Shown in pieces: positions 13,259 to 21,290 of a stretch of DNA of 64,000 nt; position 1 is the first letter of the stretch, and every line of letters starts with the position of its first letter. The position numbers and the translations under genes were made by a program. The stretch spans positions 32,056,001 through 32,120,000 of the forward strand of contig CM052816.1 of NCBI GenBank assembly GCA_028534125.1. Direction: 5' to 3'. Under the pieces are notes generated by a model. The model worked only from the letters and a program-made list of their open reading frames with translations, was not told where the DNA came from and did no database searches. The stretch comes from Lama glama (taxonomy: Eukaryota).

Positions 13259-13345
13259 ATTCGGGACTTTGTTCAACAGAAAACTTGAAATCAAAGGCCT
13301 TTCCTGTCTTTTGTGAAAGCTTCTGAAGAAATTGTGCCAAGTGTC
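13259..13345 (-). pseudogene. Pseudo-exon (87 nt) DTWHNFFRSFHKRQERPLISSFLLNKVPN
   Basis: Donor AAT|gtaagc. The polypyrimidine tract ctgttctctctttcctctat is followed by GG rather than AG. An alternative intact AG lies at 13323-13324. Confidence 0.55.
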
Positions 13346-13670
13346 CCATAGAGGAAAGAGAGAACAGATGGTGACTTTCAAGGTGGGGAGAGATTTCCTA
13401 AGATGGTGAAAGATGAAGGTCAGAGAGTCTCTCCAATGGTAGAGATCACACATTCCTCCTTGACAGACACCTGAGGAAGGGAAGAAACCCCAACGACACC
13501 TGTAGAGGGCATCTGGGAAAGATGGCCCTGGATAGATGGGGCTCTATTCCTATCTAAGATTCCAGAATGAATCTGAGGATGGCTGCTGGGGCTGATGGCA
13601 CCAAATGGACTGAAACAACATGCCTCTCAGCAGCGACCAGCAAGGACCATGGCTGACCAGAGGAACCAAC

Positions 13671-13795
13671 CTGTTGCTTGAGTAATACATAAGTTCCTTC
13701 GCACAGGCCTTGAAGGTGGGGAGTCCCAGTAATGACTGAATTGAAATTTCCCTCCAGCCTTGAGGGAGGAGGGCCCAGGACAGATTTGAACTGAT
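13671..13795 (-). pseudogene. Pseudo-exon (125 nt) DQFKSVLGPPPSRLEGNFNSVITGTPHLQGLCEGTYVLLKQQ
   Basis: Acceptor gtttcttcatatctttag, donor CAG|gttggt; phase 1->0; no stops. Confidence 0.62.
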
Positions 13796-14748
13796 CTAAA
13801 GATATGAAGAAACATAATGATTCTTGTAAAATGGCATCTGTGGGCCGATATTCATGTACTAACAAATGTCTGGGAAGGGGGTGGTGGGAAAGAGGAGGGC
13901 CTCTCGTATTCTCCTTGGAACAGTCTCCGACTCAGCCCCAGCAAGATCCCTGGGGGACATATTAGGTGTGTGGAGGCAGCGTGACCACAGTGGCTGAGAA
14001 TGAGCAGAGGGCTGCCTTATAAATCCTTCAACGGGTAAATGAGTGCCCAGAAAAACAGAGGGTGGGTGGAGTAACATAATTAAAAACAGCTGAACCAAGA
14101 AGTGGGCCTCATTTTTTTCTGAACTAAGAATGAGTAAAATGTCTTTTCAAGAACCGGGTATAAAAACAGAACCAGGAGATAAAGAAAACACACTATATTT
14201 AGTTGTTCGCACAACACACACACCCAGCTAATATAGTACCATGTGCTGCATGCAGAAAACCTCCTCCTCCTGTCCTGTTCAGAACTTGTCTGGTTGTGTG
14301 ACGATCCAGCGCTGGGAGGCTGGGGAACAAAGGCTTCCTGACCTAGGGAGGGACCTTAACAGCCTGTGAGCCCATCTCACAGGGAAGTGTAACCTCTCAG
14401 GGGGCTCAGTGTGGACTTCTGGCTGCAAAGGCTGTGTCTTTTTGAGAAAAGCACACGGAGTGCAGGGAAAGAGGGGGCTGCGGCCCCAGCAGGCCAGGTG
14501 AACTGGGGCCGCACTAGCCATGTGCATGGCCCCTGCCCTAGGCTCATCTCACACCCAATGTCTCACCCAGCTCTTCTTTCAGGGAGAATGAACGGATCCA
14601 GGGAGTGAGTCACTAGCCTAATGGTGTCAGCTTCATCATTATTCTAAAATGCTCCACTTGTATTCTGAGTTGAAAGTGATTCCCTCCAAGCAAGCTGTAG
14701 AGCAGTCATTCGAACAAGGTTCTATGGACCCAGAACTCACCTACTTAC

Positions 14749-14855
14749 CTCCTCTTTTTAACAGTGTGTTCCACGAGCACGGCAACGGTGGCTTTCCCCT
14801 GCCTTCCCCAGATGTGGCACCAGCTGTAAGCACCATGGCTCTAAGCCACCGCCAT
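14749..14855 (-). pseudogene. Pseudo-exon (107 nt), putative Walker B region
   Basis: Acceptor tttggtcattaacag, strong donor GAG|gtaagt. Reads MAVA*SHG...GKATVAVLVE in one frame and GKPPLPCSWNTLLKRG in the frame that continues downstream. Confidence 0.6.
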
Positions 14856-15003
14856 CTGTTAATGACCAAATACGGTTGATGAGAATTTATTTTTAACTGT
14901 CACATAAAGGAAGAAGGGAATCACATAAGGGAGAAAAAGAGTCCTTTGAGAAATAAACAATTAAGAGGGGCAAATACCTGGCACCTAAGAAATCCAATTT
15001 TAC

Positions 15004-15075
15004 CTTTTGTTATATCAATATAACCACTGTGAAGTCTCAGTTCTGAGGTAGGGAGTCCAATAATCTGGACAGGCT
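15004..15075 (-). pseudogene. Pseudo-exon (72 nt) SLSRLLDSLPQN*DFTVVILI*QK
   Basis: Acceptor ggatccctcttttcag, donor AAG|gtaaaa; two in-frame stops. Confidence 0.55.
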
Positions 15076-15298
15076 CTGAAAAGAGGGATCCAGACAAAAC
15101 CACTGGTTAATTTTTATACAATTACATGAATTAAATGATAATAGGAGAAAACATCCATAAAGGTGAAAAGACAACACACTGCATCTTTCCTATTTGAAAA
15201 ATTATGCATCCTCTGTACACCAGAATTAGCTGTACTAATTAGCAAATACTGGGTTATTAAATTCTCTTTCCTTATGCACACATTCTTTTTTTTCCTAC

Positions 15299-15382
15299 AA
15301 AAATTGATTGCCATGGATGCGGTCTTGAAATCCCTGTGGTTTCCAAAATCCTGTTCAAAAGAAGCAATACATTTTCCTGTTC
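15299..15382 (-). pseudogene. Pseudo-exon (84 nt) with a Walker A remnant (G|TGK)
   Basis: Acceptor cctctgtttttgcttggctcacactgcag, donor TTT|gtagga. Phase-1 reading gives GTGK; the shifted frame gives VLLLLNRILETTGISRPHPWQSIF. Confidence 0.55.
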
Positions 15383-16619
15383 CTGCAGTGTGAGCCAAGC
15401 AAAAACAGAGGAACTGAGTCAAATCATTCCATTTCCTTTTTAATAAAATTAGTACACTGTTGGATTAGCAAAAGGCCATTGACATGGTCTATCTTTTGTT
15501 TTTGGTTTAATCATTCAGTCAATAAGCATTTAATGAGCATCTAATATGTCCCAGGCCCTGGGAAAGCAGAGGTCAATCAAACATTGGTCCCTACCCATAT
15601 GGAGCTGAATTTAGTAGGGTAGGTGGACGCATCAACAAAGAATTGGGATAATATTTTGAAATACTATGAGAAGTCTTTTTCTTTCTTGGAAGATCTTTTC
15701 TACCTTGTGATTCTTCCACCATTTAACTAGACCAAGAGACCAAGGCTGATTGCCCCAAAGAAAAGCCACAAAAGGATCCATTCAGAACAAGAGTCCAATT
15801 TCTGGCTGAGAATATAAAAAGAAAGCCTTGAAAGCTTTCACTTCTGAGAGTCTGGAGTTTGGGGGAGGAGGGAGCTGGGTGTTAGCTTTTGTTGCATTTA
15901 CTTATTTATTTTTGAATGCTAAAACCTTGGCTCTGACTCAGTAGAGTCAAGCCTGAAAGACTAGCCAGTTTCTACCCTAAACCAGGGAATGGGACCAAAT
16001 GCATGATGACGCAAGAACAGCTTTCCAGCTCAGAGGAGACAATGCCTTTTCTGAGGAGGAGAAGGAGCTTTGAAAGGATGAAGAAAGGAGAACTAGAGTG
16101 TTGAGATGCAAATGTGGAGTCTGCTGAAACCCCTGCATGGGGGTGGAGGGTGTGGGTCAGAGTCACCAAGAAACATTAGGGATCTGAATAGAGGACTAGC
16201 CCTGCTGACCTTCTCTTTGGTTGTTGCCCATGCTCAGCCCCTTAAATATTTTTAATAGTGTCCTTACACTGGAGAACGTGGGTGGTTTTGTTCTGGGGTG
16301 TCATATATGACCTGCAGTTCTGAGAGAACTCCAGTGAGGATGAAGAGGAGGGACGGGGGGCGGGGGGAGACCAGAGAACTGGAGCGAACTTAGAGGCCAT
16401 TGCCCAGGTTCAGCAGGGGAGCAGCCCAGTCCAGGAGTAGCAGGGCTTTCCTGCTTTACGGAGGTTTTCTTCTGAGGGAGATGGAGGAGAGGAAGGGTTG
16501 GGGATTGCTCCCAAGATTCTAGCCCATGGGCCGGATGGTGGAGCCATCAACCAGGAGAATATTGAGGATTAGGAGTGGGTCGAGGAAGGAAGAGTGTGAG
16601 TTGGATTTTCAGCTGAGAC

Positions 16620-17180
16620 CAAGCAGGACCCTGCAGGCCCCCACCTGCACCCCAGCCTCTCGTTTATAGAAAAGCTGAGGTCTCCCAGGCCTCCCTGAGT
16701 CATAAAAGAGCAGGCTCCAGCAGTTGATGACTAGGATAATAGAGTCACAGACTCAGTGTCTGATGCACATTCCTGAGCTGTTTTACAGACACTATAACTG
16801 CCACCAGAGGGAAAAAACTAACTGCATGATGATCAGATGTCTTCTCTGGCCTTCCCTTCAGTAATCTCACGAAATGTTACTGAGGCTGAAACCCACCAGC
16901 ACCGTGAAAGTTGACAATTGCCATGACAACAGCCGGAAAAGCCTGTATGAGGACTGGACACCCAGAACAAGGACATGATGGCAGAAGTCTCCAGTAAAAG
17001 CCCACATGGCCCGACCTGGAGCTGGAGCTATCCTGACTGGCCTTCTTCTGATGGCCACCTGCTTGAGCACTTTCTTTCCTTTTCCTCTTTTGAGCAATAA
17101 AGCAGCCTGCCTTTCCCTTGGCACCTCTGCCTCTGCTGAGAATTCTTTCTCAATGGGTGGGCAAGGACCCACACTTTGGT
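16620..17180 (+). mobile_element. Putative ERV solo LTR
   Basis: ttgccatgacaac motif, aataaa polyA signal at about 17096, U5-like aattctttctc...aaggaccc. Confidence 0.55.
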
Positions 17181-17329
17181 GAGCTTCCCAATCTATCTGC
17201 TAACAATCCAGGCATGTTAAAAAAAATCCCTGAGAGCTTGGAGAAGGGTGAACTGGTTGGCAGAGCGGGAAGGAGGGATCTGAAGCTAGTGGAACAAATG
17301 GACCCACTGTGCTTATTAAAGAAACGTGA

Positions 17330-17720
17330 TGCCTCTCAGAGGGGTCTCTGGGGTTCTACTGGAGGCTCAGCCCTTGGCCTACTGTTTTTCAAGAACTTGG
17401 CGGTAGATACAGAAGACATACTCATCAAACTGGTGTAGGATACAAATTCTGAAGATATAGCTACTACAATACATGAAAGAATGAAAAATTCATAAGGCTG
17501 AAGTCAAGTGTCTGAAAATAACAGGATGACACTGAATAGAATAAATAGAAAGTCCTGCACTTAGGTTTCAAGCAAAGTGAACAGCACAGTTAGAAAATGT
17601 GAAGGCCTGGCTTGGCAGCTGTTCTTCTGAAAATCATGGGGATTTTAGTTTTCTTAAAGTTACTGTGAATCAACAGTGGGATGCAGCCACTTAAAGGCAG
17701 CCCAATCTCTAGGTGTGATG
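17330..17720 (+). mobile_element. L3/CR1 LINE remnant
   Basis: aaagtcctgcacttaggtt...cttggcagc...tctgaaaa...gggattttagtt...tgaatcaacagtgggatgcagc, matching the CR1 ORF2 KVLHLG...DLGV...SQQC region. Confidence 0.8.
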
Positions 17721-17929
17721 CAGCAGATTTGCGAAGACCTACCTCCTAGCAAGATGCCTCAGTTTTCCCAAGCTAAAACCTTTTTGGGGGAAGAAAAATA
17801 GTTCAAAGAAGTCACAGATGGAAAAACTAAGGCTTTTGGTCACCCATTCCAAACACTAGACAAGGAACAGCTCCTCACTGGTGACTTCATGTCCCCAGTT
17901 GAGCCATCACTGCATCCAGAGACAGCTAG

Positions 17930-18275
17930 TGCTCACTGACTATCCATGTGCTCTCCTGCATTTTCCAGGGGCAGCTTTCACTTGGGCTGAGAACCTGTGA
18001 CTGAGTTCTGGCAGTCAAGAATGAGAGCAGATGTGATATGGCCCCTCTGGACCCAGGTTCTGAACTCTCAGCATGCCTTCTCCGTCCATCTCCTCCCCTG
18101 AAGGATGAGTTCGGAGTCACACTTTGAACTGCTGGCAGCACAAGATGGAGACAGCCTGGACTCTTGAGTCACTGGATGACTTCATGTGAGAAGAAATAAA
18201 CTTTTGTGGCTGTTAAGCCCCTGAGATTTATGGGTATGTTCTGCTGCTGCCTGTATCACAACCTAACTGTAATAG
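17930..18275 (+). mobile_element. MaLR MLT1 LTR fragment
   Basis: cacaagatggagacagcctggactcttgagtcac...tgtgagaagaaataaactt...ttaagcccctgagattt. Confidence 0.75.
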
Positions 18276-18619
18276 TGTTCACCCTTGAGCATCCCTGGTC
18301 TCTGCTAAGGTGTGTCAATGGTCCGTAGCCACTGTATTCCTCCTTAGGGAATTTTTGGGAAACTCAGCCTGAGGCTGCAGCTCAGTGGCGTTTGATGGAT
18401 AAATGCTACAGTCACACACAAAGGGAAAGCACTGTTCTAATCAAGATAATTTATATTTCAAGGAAAGTACCAATTGATTCTAAGGCATAAAGACATTCAT
18501 TTACGAAACTCACTACATCTCCTGGGTTTCCCCATAGAATATTCTTACATAGGGTGAGGGTTTTGACTAGATGCCAGCCAAAGTCCCTTTCAGTTCTATG
18601 AAGTAAAGCTGACATAACA

Positions 18620-18770
18620 TAAGGACCAGAGGAAATCTTAGAGTCCATCTAACTGGACCAAATGCCAGACTTTATAGATGAGGAAACTGAGCCCAAGAGA
18701 GGTTAAGATATTTGTCCCAGATCCCTTTGATCTCCTGAATTCCATGTTCAGTGCTCTTTCCAGTAGTATA
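18620..18770 (-). mobile_element. MIR
   Basis: tttatagatgaggaaactgagcccaagagaggttaag. Confidence 0.85.
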
Positions 18771-20399
18771 TTGCCTTTAAAGTATGGTATTTAAAAACAA
18801 ACCAGTAACAATAACAAAGCCCCTCCTGATTCTCTTTATCTTAAAGGTAAGCTGACTCCTTTGTCCTGGATCCCTTCAATTAATATGACTCCATGACAGG
18901 GGGAGGGAAATGTCTCCTCAGGAGCAAAAAGAGGGACTCGAGAGTGTGGCAGGTTGGAAGAAGAAAAACACATGTGAGCATAACGCCTGCCTTGTTCCAG
19001 CAACTACATGTATCTTTCTCGGCCCAAACGATGGACCCTTTTTTTCTGCAGGCCCTCCTCCTACCACGAAGAGACACACCGCCAAGTCAGCCTGGAACAG
19101 AGTCGTTATCTTTTCTCATTCCAGTTCAAACTTAGTCTTGTATAGCCAGATTCTTCAGTCCGATTCAGTTATAAAAATTCTACTTTATAATTTCAACCCC
19201 AGAATACCTCTCATTTCAAGGTTCTCTCCCTATTCCCTGCCACTTAGTTTTAACCTGTCGGGGCAAAGCTGGGGAAGAAGGGGAATCTGGAATAATAACT
19301 CCTGAAGTAGGGCGTCCAGCAGCTCCTGTCAACTCTTACCAGGCTCTGCGTCCGTGAGAGGCCCTGGCCGGCTCCATCGTGGACAATCAGGGGTCCAGCT
19401 GGTCCTCCCTATGCTGGGGACCCCACTTAACATGGCCAATTTTCCCACCTCATCTGGTACCTTCCTACGCAACTATGTGTTACTTCAATTCGAAATCCTA
19501 CAAAATATCCCTTCTCCTGCAGTTGGTCCAGGTTTAAGAAACCTAGAAATCTCTTGATTCACCCTTGATTTGATCTCATGAAAAACCAAGGGAATGATCC
19601 TTGCCTTTTTGCCATCCTCTACCCTTCTCTGCCTCTCCCTAAAGCCCTGTCCCACACTCCAGGAACACCACCTGCAACCATCCAGGAGGAAGGAGATGTG
19701 GCTTCCTTTTCTGTCATCTGCCCACGTTTCACTAGGGAAGTCTTCGAAGCCCTCAGCCCTTGGGAAAGCAGATGTGAGCTGAAGGACACCTCTTTCCATG
19801 CTGGGAGGTGAGATGGAAAGAGATACGTACTGCTTCAGCAATAATAAAATCTACTTATCGCCTACTGGGTGCCAGCCATTTTTCAAACACTCTCCGCATT
19901 ACCTCGTTGAATCCTCACAAGGACTCTCATGAGGTGGGAATTCTAAAGAAGGTGATTTTTTTGTTGTTTTACAGACACTGAGGCAGGAGTGTGGTGAATG
20001 CTGCTTCATAGCTTCTGCTGAAGTGCCTCCTCTTAACATCTCCAGGGGCTGGGTGTCCGATTTCTTTTGTTCTCAGTTTAGAGCTGTCTCCAAAATGACC
20101 CATTACTGCCAGTCAGTAATCTTGAAGGAGCAGGAAAGGGTTCTGCTCTGTACACCACATGTTTATGCTACAGTCATGGCATTGCTTCCAATAGGAGGAA
20201 TGCATGCATGTCTCTGTTTACATCTCTGTGATTTTTAACTATGAGAGTAATAGAGACACTAGCAACGGATTCAAGCGACACAGAAATACGACAAATCAAA
20301 ACCAATTTTCTGTTAGTTAATTGCTTCATCCCCTTACATTTAACCACTTTTATTAGTTTGGAATATGTGTGTGTATGTGTATGTTTTCTATGTATATCC

Positions 20400-21290
20400 T
20401 TTTTTTTTTACCGTACATACATAGATAAAACATTTTCTTTCATTTTCATAAAAATGGAGTATACTATATATCTCTACAAATGCACATATACACTACACAT
20501 CTTATATGTGTATGCAAATATGTATACATTTCTGAGTCTTTTTCTTCTTTAACATATTACTATGTCAGTACATTCAGATTCACCTCATCTTTTTGGTGGT
20601 CTGGTAATACTCCTTGGCATGAATTTTCTATGATTTATTTGTCCATTTCCCTATTGATGGTGCTTGTCTCTGTTTCTTGCTGTTACAGTGTGTATGCAGA
20701 CACACACACACACACACCTTGCCCTCTAGACTCAGAGCTTTTCTGAAAACAGAATCTTGTTATGTGGGACTGCTTGGTCGAAATATGTGTTTATTTTAAA
20801 ATTGATCAATTTTACCAAATTGTCTTTCAAAAAGTTAACACCCATTAACGAAATATAAAGGGCTATATCTTCTTATCCTATATGTCAAGAAAATCTTATT
20901 CAATTTTGGCCAACTTAACCAAAAACAAAAAAAAAACTGTGGTTTTAATTTGAATTACTCTAACTGTTCGTGAGTTTGAGCATTTTTCAAATGTTACTGA
21001 CCATATGTAATTTCTTCTCTAAAATGCTTCTTCTGATCATTTGCCCATTTTTCCCTTTTCATCTTTTTATACTATTTTGTAGGAGCATTTTAGCTATGAC
21101 GGATGCTAACTCTTTGTCTTTTCTATGTAGTGCAAATATTTTCCCACAGTCTTTATTTGACTTTTACGTTTATTCATGTGAGCTGATTTTGCCAAGCAGA
21201 AGTTTTGACTTCTTAATTATTCCAATCTGTCAACCTTTTCCTGTATGTTTTCTGGGCCTCCTGTGAGCCTCAGAAGGCTCTCCCCACTAC
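20400..21290 (-). mobile_element. Ancient L1 (L1ME-like) fragment
   Basis: gtggttttaatttgaatt...gagtttgagcatttttcaaatgttactgaccat...tgcaaatattttccca. Confidence 0.75.

Larger units (their letters stand above)
774..15805 (-). pseudogene. Multi-exon unprocessed pseudogene, putative NACHT/WD40 (NWD1/NWD2-like) STAND ATPase; probably continues off the left edge
   Basis: Minus-strand exons in 5'->3' order: 15704-15805, 15299-15382, 15004-15075, 14749-14855, 13671-13795, 13259-13345 (or -13322), 12805-12858, 11421-11463, 10477-10641, 10143-10270, 9908-9946, 6314-6377, 6138-6240, 2058-2143, 1251-1310, 925-1037, 774-821. Nearly all have an AG acceptor and GT donor, and phases chain. The spliced peptide has internal stops. 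Motifs resemble the NWD2/NWD1 NACHT region (from memory). Confidence 0.68.

Noticed and set aside
774..14855. Alternative homology of the pseudogene to VWA7/hemicentin VWA (e.g. SQPTIIWSQLN vs SDPDSFWQQLN)
   Set aside because: Needs more frame switching, has no DxSxS MIDAS motif and does not explain the GTGK, KAF or DRGAP motifs. Not fully excluded without a search.
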